A stretch of 64,000 nucleotides of DNA. It comes from Planctomycetota bacterium. GTDB lineage: Bacteria; Planctomycetota; UBA8108; SXIK01. Shown piece after piece: positions 41,182 through 52,637 of the stretch. The notes beneath the pieces are model-generated. The model saw only the letters and a program-made list of their open reading frames with translations, was not told the origin of the DNA and searched no databases. Position 1 is the first letter of the stretch. Each line of letters opens with the position of its first letter. The position numbers and the translations under genes are program-made. The stretch is taken from assembly GCA_965223265.1 (NCBI GenBank), contig OZ244999.1:5728001-5792000 (forward strand). Direction: 5' to 3'.

Positions 41182-43875
41182 ATGACCAGAGGCCACTCGC
41201 CACAAGGATCACCGCGCCGCTGCGCTCGAGGCGACGGTTACCGTAGCGTTCAACTCTTCCTCGTTGGGCTTGTGGTACTGTCGTGTAGTCGCTCCGATCA
41301 TCGGCAGGCAGCAGACGATGAAGTGCGCCAGCTCGTAGCGGAGAAGTCAAACGACGCACGCTGGGCTCTAAAGGAGTTCAGCATAGAGATGGATCCGCGC
41401 AGCCGATACTACGACCCCGGCGACCCCGATCATCCGTCAATGCCGCAAGACGACCCGGCGTCTCACGAGTTCATGGTCAGAGTCGATGGAAAGAGAGGCT
41501 ACGCTGGCTGGACCGAACGAGCTGCCACTGAGGAAGATCATCGCACGGGCGGCGCGCACAGACTCGAGAACCCCGACTGGCGACGCCATCTCGGCGAGGA
41601 TCTACCGCAAACTGGCGACGGCAAAGTCAGTCTCAAGCTTGCAGACGCGCTACGGCTGGCGCTGATCCACTCACCCAGCTACCACCAGCAGCTCGAGTCG
41701 ATCTACTTGTCGGCTCTCGACGTCAGTACGGAACGCTTTCGTTTCGATACACAGTTCTTCGGTGGTTTCACTGCGAGCGCCGCGCATCGCGGTAGCGATA
41801 ACCCCGGCGGTGAAAGCACGACGCTGGCGCTCGAACCGAACGCTTCGATCCGCAAGCGCTTCGCAGCCGCCGGCGAACTTCTGGTCAGCTTCGCCAACTC
41901 GATCGGTTGGGAATTCTTCGGACCAAACGACGGCTTCGCCAGCTCACAGCTGGGCTTCAGCCTCGTCCAACCACTCCTGCGCCGCGGAGGGCGCGCCGTC
42001 GCGCTCGAGCAGCTGACGATCGCCGAACGCACGCTGTTGGCGAATCTGCGCGCATTTCAGCTCTATCGACAAGGTTTCTACACGCTGGTGGCTATCGGCG
42101 AGCTCGGCGTGTCGGGTCCGCAGCGGCGTGGTGGCTTCTTCGGCGGTACCGGCTTGACTGGCTTCACCGGTCAGGGGAGCGGCGGCTTCGGTGGCGTCGG
42201 TGACATCACCGGTTTTGGACGTGGAGGCGGCGGGTTCGGAGGCGGCGGCGGTGGTGGTGGCGCTGGTTTTGCGGGTGGCGGTGCCGGCTCGGTCGGTGGC
42301 TTCATCGGCCTACAGCAGCAGGCCCAACAGATTCGTAACACGCGCGACAGCCTCGAAGCACAACTGCGGACGCTGGCGCTCCTGGAGTCCAACCTCGAGG
42401 CAGGGCTGATCGATATCGCTCAGGTCGATCAATTTCGTCAAAACATCGAAACCGAGCGCGCCAATCTGCTCCAGGCTCAGAATGGTCTCCTGTCGTCGCT
42501 CGACTCGTTCAATCTGTCGGTCCTTGGATTGCCGCCGGACCTTCCGATCGAACCAGACGATGCGTTCATTCGACCGTTTCAGTTGATCGCCCCCGCCGTC
42601 ACAGCGGTGCAAAACTCTGTGGCGCAGCTTATCGACGCACTCGGGGAGTTGCCAGAGACTCCCGCGATCGGCGATCTCCGACGCATCATTGGGCGAATCG
42701 AACCGCTGCGCATGGACATCTCGACTCAGATCGACCTGTTGCCTGCCGACTTCGCGCGTTTGCACGCGGCGTCCGACGTGCGAACGCGCGCCATGACTCC
42801 TTCGGAGCGTCGGCTGTTCGACCGCGACGTGGAACAGTTGCACGAGAGTCTTCGAGACCTCCGTCAACGTTTCAGCGCGACAGCGGCGAGGCGCGAACAG
42901 CTTGAAGCCGCACTGACTCCCGAGTCGATCGATGAAACGGCAGACGGCGTGATCGAACTGCTGACGGAGCTGTCGAATGTCGTCGGAGAGCTATCGCTCG
43001 TCCAAGCGCGAGCACGGCTGGAGTCGATCACGCTAGTGCCGATCGAATTCGACGCCGCGGAAGCCCTCGAGATCGCTCGCGACTCTCGACTCGATTGGAT
43101 GAACAACCGGGCGGCACTCGTCGACACGTGGCGACTGATCGAATTCAATGCCAACGCCTTGCAGTCGGATCTCTCCCTACGCTTTAGCGGCGAGGTGCGC
43201 ACAGCTGGCGACGACAACCCAGTCAAGTTCCGCGATGACACCGGCAGTGTACGCGCAGCTCTTGAGTTCGACGGTCCGTTCGCGCGTCTCGTCGAACGAA
43301 ACAACTTCCGCCAGCAGCTCATTCAGTACCAACAAGATCGCCGTCAATTGATCCGTTTCGAGGATTCAGTCCATCAGACACTTCGGCGGCGCCTCCGAGA
43401 TCTCGAAGAACTGCGCCTCAATCTCGAGATCCAGCGGCGCGCCGTAGCTATCGCGATTCGTCGCGTCGACCAGACCCGCGAAGCCCTCTATCGCCCAGTG
43501 CCGCCGTCTGCCCCAGGCGAGGCACCGCAAGCTCTCGGTCCGACCGCAGCCCAGAATCTACTCTTCGCCCTTTCCGATCTGCGCAACACGCAAAACAATC
43601 TGATGAGCGTTTGGCTCAACCATCTTGCGGAACGAATGCGGCTGCATCGCGATATCGGAGTTATGCAGCTCGATGAACGCGGCATATGGATCGACCAACC
43701 GCTGGCAGCGACCGTGGACCAAGTCGTTAGGCGCGAACCCCTACCGCCCGCCATTCCCGACGAGTGGCTGTCGATGAACGAGACGGATAGAGAAGGCTCA
43801 AATTCGAACGTACCATCAACCTGGCCTCATCGGCCCGAAAGGCACCGCGAACATGCAGGCCGAAAACCACAGTGA
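41182..43875 (+). CDS. TolC-like outer-membrane efflux lipoprotein with Gly/Phe-rich insert
   Basis: Lipobox VLS-C; [19 protein letters not shown] and RLDWMN..A motifs; position within the exporter operon. Confidence 0.75.
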   Translation: MTRGHSPQGSPRRCARGDGYRSVQLFLVGLVVLSCSRSDHRQAADDEVRQLVAEKSNDARWALKEFSIEMDPRSRYYDPGDPDHPSMPQDDPASHEFMVRVDGKRGYAGWTERAATEEDHRTGGAHRLENPDWRRHLGEDLPQTGDGKVSLKLADALRLALIHSPSYHQQLESIYLSALDVSTERFRFDTQFFGGFTASAAHRGSDNPGGESTTLALEPNASIRKRFAAAGELLVSFANSIGWEFFGPNDGFASSQLGFSLVQPLLRRGGRAVALEQLTIAERTLLANLRAFQLYRQGFYTLVAIGELGVSGPQRRGGFFGGTGLTGFTGQGSGGFGGVGDITGFGRGGGGFGGGGGGGGAGFAGGGAGSVGGFIGLQQQAQQIRNTRDSLEAQLRTLALLESNLEAGLIDIAQVDQFRQNIETERANLLQAQNGLLSSLDSFNLSVLGLPPDLPIEPDDAFIRPFQLIAPAVTAVQNSVAQLIDALGELPETPAIGDLRRIIGRIEPLRMDISTQIDLLPADFARLHAASDVRTRAMTPSERRLFDRDVEQLHESLRDLRQRFSATAARREQLEAALTPESIDETADGVIELLTELSNVVGELSLVQARARLESITLVPIEFDAAEALEIARDSRLDWMNNRAALVDTWRLIEFNANALQSDLSLRFSGEVRTAGDDNPVKFRDDTGSVRAALEFDGPFARLVERNNFRQQLIQYQQDRRQLIRFEDSVHQTLRRRLRDLEELRLNLEIQRRAVAIAIRRVDQTREALYRPVPPSAPGEAPQALGPTAAQNLLFALSDLRNTQNNLMSVWLNHLAERMRLHRDIGVMQLDERGIWIDQPLAATVDQVVRREPLPPAIPDEWLSMNETDREGSNSNVPSTWPHRPERHREHAGRKPQ

Positions 43876-45700
43876 CACACGCAGTCTTCGTCATGCGGCT
43901 CCGCCGCCTCGCCGCAGTTGGTGGAAGATCTCGCTCCTGATACTCGTCCTCTGCAGCCTTGCAGTGGCTGCGACGTTTTATCGCCCGCTGTTGAATCGTC
44001 TGACAGGCGTCGATTCCGAGCGTCACGCATTGACCTACGAAGTCGTACGTACACCTCTGCAGATTACGGTTTCCGCCGAGGGCAATGTCGAGAGCGCGAG
44101 CAACGTCGAAGTGAAATGCCGCGTCGCCGGCGGTAGCACGATCCTATGGATCGTCGAGGACGGCAAGATCGTCGAAGGAGGAGAAGAGATCGTCCGCCTT
44201 GACACCGCACCGATTGACGATCAGCTGAACTCGCAGCGCATCGTCTTCGAGAACGCGCTAGCCGCGAAGATCCAAGCACAAGAGGCCTTCGAGGTCGCAA
44301 AGATCTCGGTACACGAGTATCAGGAAGGTACGTTCGTGCAGGAACTCAACCAGATCGAAGCGGACATACAAATCGCCATGGAGAACCTGCGCAGCGCAGA
44401 AAACCAGCTGACGTTCTCAAAGAGGATGGCGCGCAAGGGGTTCGTTAGTTCCCTTCAGCGAGACGCAGACGAGTTCGCAGTCAAGCGCGCACAGCTCGAC
44501 TTGAAGGCCGCCAATACTCGTAAAAAAGTCTTGGTCGATTTCACGCAGAAAAAGATGCTCACGGATCTCGAAGCGCAGCGTGAGGCTGCAGAGGCGACGC
44601 TGCGCGCGGTGGAAACGAGTTTGAAGCTTGAGAGAGACCGCCTCGAACGCCTTCAGGCTCAACTCAAGAACTGTGTCGTCGACGCGCCCAAGAAAGGCAT
44701 GGTCGTCTACGCCAACAATACGCGTCGGAGCCGGTACCGCAGCTCCGATGGGCCGCAGATCGAAGAAGGAGCAACGGTGCGCGAAGGCCAAGCACTTGTG
44801 CGGCTTCCCGATCTGACGCAGATGCAAACCCGCGTCATGATCCACGAGTCACGGGTCGACCAGGTTCGCGTCGGGATGCCAGCTCGCATCGTCGTCCAAG
44901 ATGAGGAGTATTCCGGCAAGGTGCTTGAGATCGCCAACCAGCCGCAGCCGACGAGCTGGTTCTCAGCGAACGTCAAGGAATACGCGACGATGGTTTCTAT
45001 TGAGGGCGAGAGCAACAACCTGCGGCCGGGAATGACCGCCGAGGTGACGATCTTGATCGACGATGCGGACGATCTCCTGACAATTCCAGTTTCAAGTGTG
45101 GTCGAGCAGCGTGGAGAGTTCTTCTGTTGGACTCAGACTTCAGGCACCCCCGAAAAACGCCCCCTCGTCCTCGGGCGCACGAACGACAAACTCATTGAAG
45201 TCATCGACGGGCTCAAGGCAGGCGATGTCGTCTACCGCAATCCACGCGCCGTGATCGAAGCGGCACGCACGCACATCCCGTTCGAGAGCGAGGCCGAGGA
45301 CGTTGAGTTCGCTAACTCCGAAGTACCGGAAGTGTCCCGTGCCAAGGGAAGAGCTGCCTCACAGCGAGCGAGTGATGCAGACGGCAAGTCGACCGAGCGC
45401 CGTGGGCACCAACCGGAGCCGGGCGCGAAGCGGGACGCACGGCGGGATTCCGGCGACGGCGGTAGCACGCAGGGACGCCGCAGCGGGGGAGGCTTCAATC
45501 TGTCGAGCCTCGATCGAAACGGCGACGGCAAGCTCACCCGCGAGGAGTTCCCGAGCCGTATGCAAACCGCCTTCTCAAGGTTCGACACGAACGGCGACGG
45601 ATTCGTCGATGCCGGCGAATTTGCCGCGATGCTCGAGCAGCGCAGGCAGCGCCGCGGCGTTGAGCGCGGCACAGCGGACGGCCAACGAGGCAGCGACTGA
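43853..45700 (+). CDS. Periplasmic adaptor (MacA/HlyD family) with C-terminal EF-hand pair
   Basis: TM anchor, lipoyl half-motifs, coiled coil, LRPGMTAEV, GLKAGD; DRNGDGKLTREE and DTNGDGFVDAGE. Confidence 0.9.
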   Translation: MQAENHSDTRSLRHAAPPPRRSWWKISLLILVLCSLAVAATFYRPLLNRLTGVDSERHALTYEVVRTPLQITVSAEGNVESASNVEVKCRVAGGSTILWIVEDGKIVEGGEEIVRLDTAPIDDQLNSQRIVFENALAAKIQAQEAFEVAKISVHEYQEGTFVQELNQIEADIQIAMENLRSAENQLTFSKRMARKGFVSSLQRDADEFAVKRAQLDLKAANTRKKVLVDFTQKKMLTDLEAQREAAEATLRAVETSLKLERDRLERLQAQLKNCVVDAPKKGMVVYANNTRRSRYRSSDGPQIEEGATVREGQALVRLPDLTQMQTRVMIHESRVDQVRVGMPARIVVQDEEYSGKVLEIANQPQPTSWFSANVKEYATMVSIEGESNNLRPGMTAEVTILIDDADDLLTIPVSSVVEQRGEFFCWTQTSGTPEKRPLVLGRTNDKLIEVIDGLKAGDVVYRNPRAVIEAARTHIPFESEAEDVEFANSEVPEVSRAKGRAASQRASDADGKSTERRGHQPEPGAKRDARRDSGDGGSTQGRRSGGGFNLSSLDRNGDGKLTREEFPSRMQTAFSRFDTNGDGFVDAGEFAAMLEQRRQRRGVERGTADGQRGSD

Positions 45701-45705
45701 GCCCC

Positions 45706-47049
45706 ATGATCTCGGAGATGCGCCTCACCTTCCGAGTCGGCCTCAAATCGCTGCTACTGCACAAGCTGCGCTCAGGCCTCGCCATGCTCGGCATCCTCAT
45801 CGGTGTCATGGCGGTGATCTGGTTGGTCGCCCTCGGCGAAGGCGTCAGCTACCAAGCGCAGGAGCAGATCAAAGATCTCGGTGCCACTAATATTATCGTT
45901 AAGAGCGTCAAGCCGACGCAGGGCACATCGAGTGGTCGCGGTAGCAGTCGCGTGGTCGAGTACGGCCTGACCGAGCTCGACTATGCGCGCATCATCTCTG
46001 GCGTGCCGACGGTTCGGCGGGCGGTCCGCATGCGCGAAATCCGTAGTGTCGCGCGTGCACGCAGCCGCGAAGCAGAAATCAAACTGCTTGGCTGCTCGCC
46101 GGCATATTTCGACATCAACCATTTGCGCATGGAACGTGGACGTTTTTTGAGTGACCGGGATCTCCTCGAGCGTTCCAACGTTGCAGTGGTTGCAGCGGAA
46201 ACCGCGGCGAGGTTGTTCCCCTACGAAAGCCCGATCGGCCGCTCTATAGAGGTGGTCGCCAACAACAAGCCTGATCTCTACGTCATCGTCGGCCAGACCG
46301 AGAGCCGTACACCTTCTGCAGCCATCGGAGGCAGCCTCGAAGGTCGCGACTACAACCTCGACGTCTACATTCCGATGACGACGCTCCGGTCCCGCATCGG
46401 CGACCAGGTGTACACGTTTAGCACCGGCAGCAGCGAAGGGGAACTCGTTCAGTACAGCCAGTTCACGCTCACCGTCGGTGACATCGACGAAGTCGAAGAA
46501 GCGGCAGACATCGTCGACATCCTCGTCGCAGAAAAACATCCCGCAGCAGACTACTCGATCACCGTACCGAAGGAGCTGCTGCGCCAAGCAGATGTGCTGC
46601 GCATGATGTTCAACGTGCTTCTAGTGCTGATCGCCGGCATCTCACTGGTCGTCGGTGGCATCGGCATCATGAATATCATGCTCGCGACTGTTACCGAGCG
46701 CACTCGTGAGATTGGTGTCCGTCGCGCCCTCGGTGCCAAACGCGGCGACATCATTCGGCAGTTTCTTGCCGAGACCGTCGTACTTTCAGCGGCGGGTGGA
46801 ACGATCGGTGTCGCAGCAGGATTCCTCTGCCACCCAATCACAGACATGATGCTCCTCGCGGTCGAAAGCTGGTTCCCGACCGTCTGGCTGACGATGCCGC
46901 CAACAATTCAAAAGCTACAACCGATCATCGCGCCGTGGTCGATCATCGTCGCTTTCGGGATTTCCGTCGCCGTCGGCGTTCTCTTCGGGCTCTACCCGGC
47001 CCGCCGCGCGGCGCTCATGGATCCGATCGAAGCGCTCCGCCACGAGTGA
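45706..47049 (+). CDS. ABC transporter permease (MacB/FtsX family)
   Basis: KLRSGLAMLGILIGV, GGIGIMNIMLATVTERTREIGVRRALGA, PARRAALMDPIEALRHE. Confidence 0.95.
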   Translation: MISEMRLTFRVGLKSLLLHKLRSGLAMLGILIGVMAVIWLVALGEGVSYQAQEQIKDLGATNIIVKSVKPTQGTSSGRGSSRVVEYGLTELDYARIISGVPTVRRAVRMREIRSVARARSREAEIKLLGCSPAYFDINHLRMERGRFLSDRDLLERSNVAVVAAETAARLFPYESPIGRSIEVVANNKPDLYVIVGQTESRTPSAAIGGSLEGRDYNLDVYIPMTTLRSRIGDQVYTFSTGSSEGELVQYSQFTLTVGDIDEVEEAADIVDILVAEKHPAADYSITVPKELLRQADVLRMMFNVLLVLIAGISLVVGGIGIMNIMLATVTERTREIGVRRALGAKRGDIIRQFLAETVVLSAAGGTIGVAAGFLCHPITDMMLLAVESWFPTVWLTMPPTIQKLQPIIAPWSIIVAFGISVAVGVLFGLYPARRAALMDPIEALRHE

Positions 47050-47093
47050 GCGAATCCGTTCAAGTAAGGACGCGCCGTCAACGGATCTCGAGT

Positions 47094-49439
47094 TCAATCG
47101 CTCGAGCTCAGCGCCGCGCGCAAAAACTCACCGCGGCGGACAACGAAGTCGCGAATACGCGCATACCCGCTCTGAATAACCTGGCGCCGAACTTCTCGTT
47201 CGGTGCCCAAGAACTGCTCCTGCAGGGCCAGATCCTCGAGGAGGAGAGCCTCCAGCGGCTGGATCATACTCTCCATCGCCGCGACGGTGAATCGCCCTGA
47301 CGAACTGACCTCCGAGGCGAGTTGTTGCAGGTAAGCGACGTGAAGATCGTTCTCGCGGTGAAACGGTCGCGAGACCACTCCGGGGTCGCGGCTAAGACCT
47401 CCTGTGATTCCCGTGAGCGGAAAATCAACGGCGAACTGCGAATCACCGAAGAGTTGATCGAGATCCCACGGGATCACGCGCCAGCTGTTAGGCGTCCCCG
47501 GATCGACGATCGGGCGATAGAAGTAGATGTTGTTGTGAAAACCGTCCCAGTTGTCCGTCAGAGCGCCGACAACCGAATAGAGTCCGACATTCTCCAAATC
47601 GAACAGTTCGAGAGCCTGTCTCCTGACGACCGCATCGTCGGAGTTGAGGTTGCGAATCATCTCGCGGTAAAGGTCATTTCCAGTCTCTGGATTCGTCCGC
47701 TTCGCGAAGTTCACTTTATCCACTTTCCAAAGATCCGCCCCGGCATCGAGGCCGTTCATCTCCAGGAAGCGCTCGTTCACCTGCTGGACGACGAGGTTTT
47801 GCGTGTGACGCCCCTCCTCCCGGGCAAGGTCGATGACGCGAAACCAGTCGCTCCGCGGTGCGGTGACACCGAACGCGTTGTAGAGACGAAAACCAAGATC
47901 CTCACCGAACGTCAGGCCGGTGGGAGTCTCCGGGGTGGACTTCTCGGGGAAGACGTTGAGCGTACGGTCGCCACGATACTCCTCACCTTTGATAAACCGG
48001 ACCTTGTGGCCGTTGCTTTCGACGCGAAAACGCGGCTGGACAATCGCAGCATCGAACACCAGAGCCTCGCCAGTCCCGGGCTCGACGATGACGATGCCGG
48101 TGAACGACTTGGCCGCCGCGGTCATCTCGGTCGACGAGCGCGGGAAGCGCCACATAATCGGCAATCGAGCCGGGATCTCGAAGTCGTAGACGAAGTAGCC
48201 GTAGAACGGGCGAGGTTCGCCGGACGGCGGCAATCGTGCCGATCGGCCATCCGTGAGCGCCACGTCGACGACGAAGCGAATCAGCGACTGCGACGCCTGG
48301 GGCGGCAAAGTTGCAACCCAGGTGCTGGCAAATTCAGACGACCGTACGAGTGACATCGCCTGCGCCGTCCTCGCACCAGCGATGTCGGTAAACACCTGCC
48401 ACGAAAAATCGACGCGGTTGATCCGCGTGGGCGGGATGTCGAGCAAGATCTCGACTTCCACCGCATCACTACTGCCCGGCCGAGGAGGGCGCGTCTGGAC
48501 GGCAGTGACGAGCGGGTATGCGGGAACGCCCGCCGTCGTGTTCGCCTCTCCCACAGTGCCCGTCGAGGCGCGAAAGCCCTCGCTCGTAGAACTACGCCAA
48601 CTGTGAGGATCCTCCGCAGGCGCAAGCACGTCGACCCGCTCGAGCGACGGGCCGTAACCGTCAGCCCCAACGGGCCACGGAGCACGGTCGTCGTAGCGCA
48701 CGCTCTCCACCTCACAGTCGCCGTCTTCGAGCGTCAGTCTTTCGCCGCCATCCGCAAGGCGTCCTTCGAACGGCCCGAACAGTGGCACTTCCACGCGAAC
48801 GATGGCCGGCACCAACGCAACGACTACGTAGTCCCGCGGCGCGATCGCGGCATCGAGTGGAAACTGATACGTGATTCCGCGCGTGAACCTGTACGAACTG
48901 AGATCGATCTCGACGTCCGAGCGGTTGAAGAGCTCGACATACTCACGGTTAAAAGGCGTCAGCGGATGGTACTGAATCTCGTTGATGACGACCGCCGGGG
49001 TCCTCACGTCGCTGTCGCCACAGTCCAGTCGATCGCAGGTTGGATCAGGCCCGGGCGTAAGGGCACCCGGTGACGGCAAGTCGGCGTTACCGAAGAGAAC
49101 CGCAAGTGACCGGAGGGCGTCGGTGAGATCGATCTCACCATCGTCGTTTGCATCCGCGGCGTCTTCGCAGGCGAAACCACCGCCGCGGCCAAACAGCGTC
49201 AAGATCTGAGTGACCGCGTCGCTGACGTCGAGCCTTCCATCGCGATTTGTGTCGCCACGGATGAAATCGGCCCAGAGCGCTGACGTCATCAGCGTGAAAA
49301 CCGTCGCGAACGATACGACGCAAGCTGTGTGCCGCTTCACTCGTCCCGCTCCTCGAGATGGGGTATCGCTGCCCGCACCCGGTGCCCAAGATGCTAGTGA
49401 TGTTTCTAAACGATGTTCGATCTCCCCGAAAACTGCCAC
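47094..49439 (-). CDS. Secreted dockerin-like + lamin-tail + CotH kinase protein
   Basis: FIRGDTNRDGRLDVSDAV (dockerin-like), VVINEIQYHP (lamin tail), NWDGFHNNIYFY...PWDLD (CotH). True start is probably ~100 nt downstream of the ORF start. Confidence 0.85.
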   Translation of the reverse strand: MAVFGEIEHRLETSLASWAPGAGSDTPSRGAGRVKRHTACVVSFATVFTLMTSALWADFIRGDTNRDGRLDVSDAVTQILTLFGRGGGFACEDAADANDDGEIDLTDALRSLAVLFGNADLPSPGALTPGPDPTCDRLDCGDSDVRTPAVVINEIQYHPLTPFNREYVELFNRSDVEIDLSSYRFTRGITYQFPLDAAIAPRDYVVVALVPAIVRVEVPLFGPFEGRLADGGERLTLEDGDCEVESVRYDDRAPWPVGADGYGPSLERVDVLAPAEDPHSWRSSTSEGFRASTGTVGEANTTAGVPAYPLVTAVQTRPPRPGSSDAVEVEILLDIPPTRINRVDFSWQVFTDIAGARTAQAMSLVRSSEFASTWVATLPPQASQSLIRFVVDVALTDGRSARLPPSGEPRPFYGYFVYDFEIPARLPIMWRFPRSSTEMTAAAKSFTGIVIVEPGTGEALVFDAAIVQPRFRVESNGHKVRFIKGEEYRGDRTLNVFPEKSTPETPTGLTFGEDLGFRLYNAFGVTAPRSDWFRVIDLAREEGRHTQNLVVQQVNERFLEMNGLDAGADLWKVDKVNFAKRTNPETGNDLYREMIRNLNSDDAVVRRQALELFDLENVGLYSVVGALTDNWDGFHNNIYFYRPIVDPGTPNSWRVIPWDLDQLFGDSQFAVDFPLTGITGGLSRDPGVVSRPFHRENDLHVAYLQQLASEVSSSGRFTVAAMESMIQPLEALLLEDLALQEQFLGTEREVRRQVIQSGYARIRDFVVRRGEFLRAALSSSD

Positions 49440-49767
49440 CAGATCGTCGAGACCTGGCAGATTCGAACTGCGATTCTACCCTCTCCTCTCTCACCCGCTA
49501 GCAAATCAAGTCGCATTTTAGGGTCACGTTAGCAAGTGGTTTCCTAACGGCTGCTGACTCTGCGAGTTGACGGCGCAAGGAACAGCCCACTAAAATGAGG
49601 CCGCCATAGGGTTGAATCCGCAGGGATCGGCAAAAAACCCGTTCACGGAATCGTTTGGGTAAGGTTCAGCGTGTTCTTGCAGCCAGCTCGGTTGCACATG
49701 CTGACCGCTCGAGGAGCAGTGAATCGACGGACACTGCTCAAGGTCTTTTCGCCGGAAGGGGACGAGC

Positions 49768-51672
49768 ATGGTAAAGGCTGCGCGAGTTCTTTGGGCGTTC
49801 GTTTTGTGCTTTGCGATGAGTGGATTTGTGTGGGGGCAAGGCTCCGTTCCAGATGCCGTCGTGCCGGGCGATGCCGGCGTGACCGCCCTGACCGGGGACA
49901 TCAAGATCATCGGCGCCGGAGACGAGGAGAACAAAGACGGCCCTGCGCATCGCTTCGCCGCTGCGTTCCCTTGCGCGACGAGCGATGATCGCGTCGTGGT
50001 CTGCTATCCCAACCCCGACCTGGTCGATCCAGGTACAACAGTTCCTTTCGTCGACATCTACGCCGCCGATGGCACTCGCCTTCTGGCGCATCAGGCTGGC
50101 TACTTGGATGACGACGGTCAGGGGATCGCTGTACAGTCGGAGCTCGCTTCCGGCAGCGTGACCGGCCCGGCGATCGAGTGCTCCAGAGACGGCAACGATT
50201 ATTTCTGCGTCTGGTCGCGCGTCTCACCGTGGAAATACCTCGGCGGCAACCTCGCAGCGTGGGGCAGCGGGACATTGGATTTTGGCGATTCGGAAAGCGG
50301 TGTCGGCGTCGGCCAGGTGTTCGACAAAGATGGAGCTGCCATCAGTGGCGTGCTCAATCTCTGGACGGACGACATCACGACTGATAACGACCTGATCGCA
50401 GACGGCGGCGAGATTCGTTCGCGTGCGGTCTCGCCACTGTCGAACGGTGACTGGTGCGCAACGTTTTGGGATCGGAAAACTCCAGCGCTGGGATCGACGG
50501 GTGATCGCTGGGCAACTGATTTTCCGGCGTACGCGGGCTCGGGGCAGATCGTCGGACTCTTGATCTTCAAAAACGATGGCACCGTCGTGGCAAGGAAACC
50601 CATCAGCACGCCCGGAGAAGGGAGCGCCGACTCCATGCGCGGCAGCGCTGCAGGAGACGGCTGGTGCGCTGTGCGTTACGAGGACTCGGTGCAGGCTGGT
50701 GGGGACAACAGCGGCGGTTCACGCACGGTCTACCACATCTTTGACAACACCGGCGCTGAGCTCGCCAAAATCAACGTTGCCGAAGCGTTGTTCGATAGCG
50801 GCCTGATTGCAGGGCTCGACGCAGCGGGAGCCGCCGGGCTCGCTGGCGGCCGCGGTGACGGCGAACAGATCTCTGGCCGCGGCGCTTATCTCTACGCTTC
50901 GCATTGGAACGCGACTGAGATGTACGTCTCCAAGTGGGACGCAGTCAACGGCGAGCTCGACGATGTCGTCCTCGCCTATGACAGCGCTCATGTGCGCGGT
51001 CAAGCGCGCCCTGTCACAGACTCCGCAGGCAACATCGCCATGACGTTCGCCGACGACAGTCTGGCCACCGCCGGCAGCTTCGACGAGACGCCGACGGAAG
51101 CCGTGACGATCTTCCTGTGGAACGATCTGTCGCCGGCAACGCCTCCGGTCGTCCCGTTTGAGAACTCCAACACCGCAACGGGTCGCTTCGGCGATGACGG
51201 CGGCGAGCCGCCGAACGAAAACGCCGGCCGCAAGTGGAAAGACAACAACACGGCGTTGAACGACCGTATTGTCGCAGTCACTTCCCACACCACTGGGCTG
51301 CCGGGCTACGACTTCACCGATCTCGATCGCGAGATGGAGCACGCCCTGCGCATCTTCGAGAGCCCCTTCTACACGCCGGTCAAGCCCGGCGACATGAACC
51401 TCGACGGCAGCGTCGACATCGCCGATCCCGTCGCAGACCTCAACTTTCAGTTCGCCGGAATCTCTCTCGACGAGTGCCTGCTCGAAGGCATCTCGTTGAA
51501 CGCCTCCGGCCTGCTCATTGCCGACTTTAACGGCGACGGCAGCCACGACATCTCCGACCCGGTCGGATCACTCAACTGGCAATTCGTCGGTGGCGGCAAT
51601 CCTCCGCATGTCCTCGGGACTGATTGCATCCCGCTCAACGGCAGTGGCTGTGACGGCCTCTGCACCGAGTAA
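49768..51672 (+). CDS. Secreted acidic protein with C-terminal dockerin-like domain
   Basis: Signal peptide; PGDMNLDGSVDIAD...ADFNGDGSHDISD duplicated Ca-loop; rest unassigned. Confidence 0.8.
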   Translation: MVKAARVLWAFVLCFAMSGFVWGQGSVPDAVVPGDAGVTALTGDIKIIGAGDEENKDGPAHRFAAAFPCATSDDRVVVCYPNPDLVDPGTTVPFVDIYAADGTRLLAHQAGYLDDDGQGIAVQSELASGSVTGPAIECSRDGNDYFCVWSRVSPWKYLGGNLAAWGSGTLDFGDSESGVGVGQVFDKDGAAISGVLNLWTDDITTDNDLIADGGEIRSRAVSPLSNGDWCATFWDRKTPALGSTGDRWATDFPAYAGSGQIVGLLIFKNDGTVVARKPISTPGEGSADSMRGSAAGDGWCAVRYEDSVQAGGDNSGGSRTVYHIFDNTGAELAKINVAEALFDSGLIAGLDAAGAAGLAGGRGDGEQISGRGAYLYASHWNATEMYVSKWDAVNGELDDVVLAYDSAHVRGQARPVTDSAGNIAMTFADDSLATAGSFDETPTEAVTIFLWNDLSPATPPVVPFENSNTATGRFGDDGGEPPNENAGRKWKDNNTALNDRIVAVTSHTTGLPGYDFTDLDREMEHALRIFESPFYTPVKPGDMNLDGSVDIADPVADLNFQFAGISLDECLLEGISLNASGLLIADFNGDGSHDISDPVGSLNWQFVGGGNPPHVLGTDCIPLNGSGCDGLCTE

Positions 51673-51723
51673 GGCAATTCCCCTGAGGCGCGGCGCTTGC
51701 GGCCGCGTCCCTCTCGAACTCCG

Positions 51724-51770
51724 ACGCCCGGACACGCCCTCCGCAGGGTGGTGTTCGGGCGTTCTTCTTT
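51724..51770 (+). terminator. Probable intrinsic terminator
   Basis: ACGCCCGGACAC...GTGTTCGGGCGT stem followed by TCTTCTTT, 50 nt after the stop codon. Confidence 0.6.
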
Positions 51771-51848
51771 GCCTCAACGAAACGCCTGAACGCTCGCCAG
51801 TGTCGGCGTTGCGGTCTGAGGTATCACGGAGCCAGATCCAGAGACAGA

Positions 51849-52080
51849 CCCCAATGTTGCAAAAGAGAAACACTTCAAGACCGTGAGCGAGTGGGAGGGC
51901 GAGTGCGTGGGCGTGAGAGAGTGCGGGTGTGAGGGTGTGTGGGTGCGCGTTGGCGGTAGAGCAGGCACTCCGGGAAACCTCACCAAACGTGAAGTCTGCC
52001 GCGACGTCCCACAACCGCGGATCGAGCCGTAGAACAAAAGCTTCCGAGATCTTCCGGCGAGAAATTATGCAACTGTAGGG
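51849..52080. mobile_element. 232-bp MITE-like element (family B, copy 2, inverted) with ACAGA duplication
   Basis: ACAGA|CCCCAATGTTGCAAAA...TTATGCAACTGTAGGG|ACAGA; terminal repeats match at 12/16 positions. Confidence 0.8.
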
Positions 52081-52192
52081 ACAGAGTCCGCCCACACCCA
52101 CGCAGAGACGCAACCGGACGCAGATCTTTTTGTGTCTCTGTATCTAGCGCTGTATCTGCCTCCGGCATCTGTCGTCCGTCTCCGTCACTGGC

Positions 52193-52462
52193 TCCGCCTC
52201 TGTCTCCGTCTCTGCCTCCGCCTCTGTCTCCGCCTCTGTCTCCGCCTCTGTCTCCGCCTCTGTCTCCGTCTCTGCCTCCGCCTCTGTCTCCGTCTCTGTC
52301 TCCGCCTCTGTCTCCGTCTCTGCCTCCGCCTCTGTCTCCGTCTCTGTCTCCGTCTCTGTCTCCGCCTCTGTCTCCGTCTCTGCCTCCGCCTCTGTCTCCG
52401 TCTCTGCCTCCGCCTCTGTCTCCGTCTCTGCCTCCGCCTCTGTCTCCGTCTCTGCCTCCGCC
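52193..52462. repeat. Hexamer VNTR (TCYGYC)x45 with 24-bp higher-order unit
   Basis: Only TCCGCC, TCTGTC, TCCGTC and TCTGCC units occur, mostly in a repeating 4-unit order. Confidence 0.95.
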
Positions 52463-52637
52463 TCCGACCCGGCGCTCCAACCCCGCTGCGGCGCCCCACC
52501 CATGCGCAGTATAGCCTTTGTTTTTGCGTGAAGGTCCGGGAAGATGGACGACTTGAGGCGCGCGACGAGCTGTCTGCGCCGCGCGCCTCGGTTCGCCTCG
52601 ATGGTTTCCGCTCTCATCGATTCTCTGCGTCGCCACC

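Noticed and set aside
49520-49700. Riboswitch or IS-end remnant in the divergent intergenic region
   Set aside because: TAACGGCTGCTGA resembles an IS end but has no matching partner or duplication, and no riboswitch consensus could be fitted.
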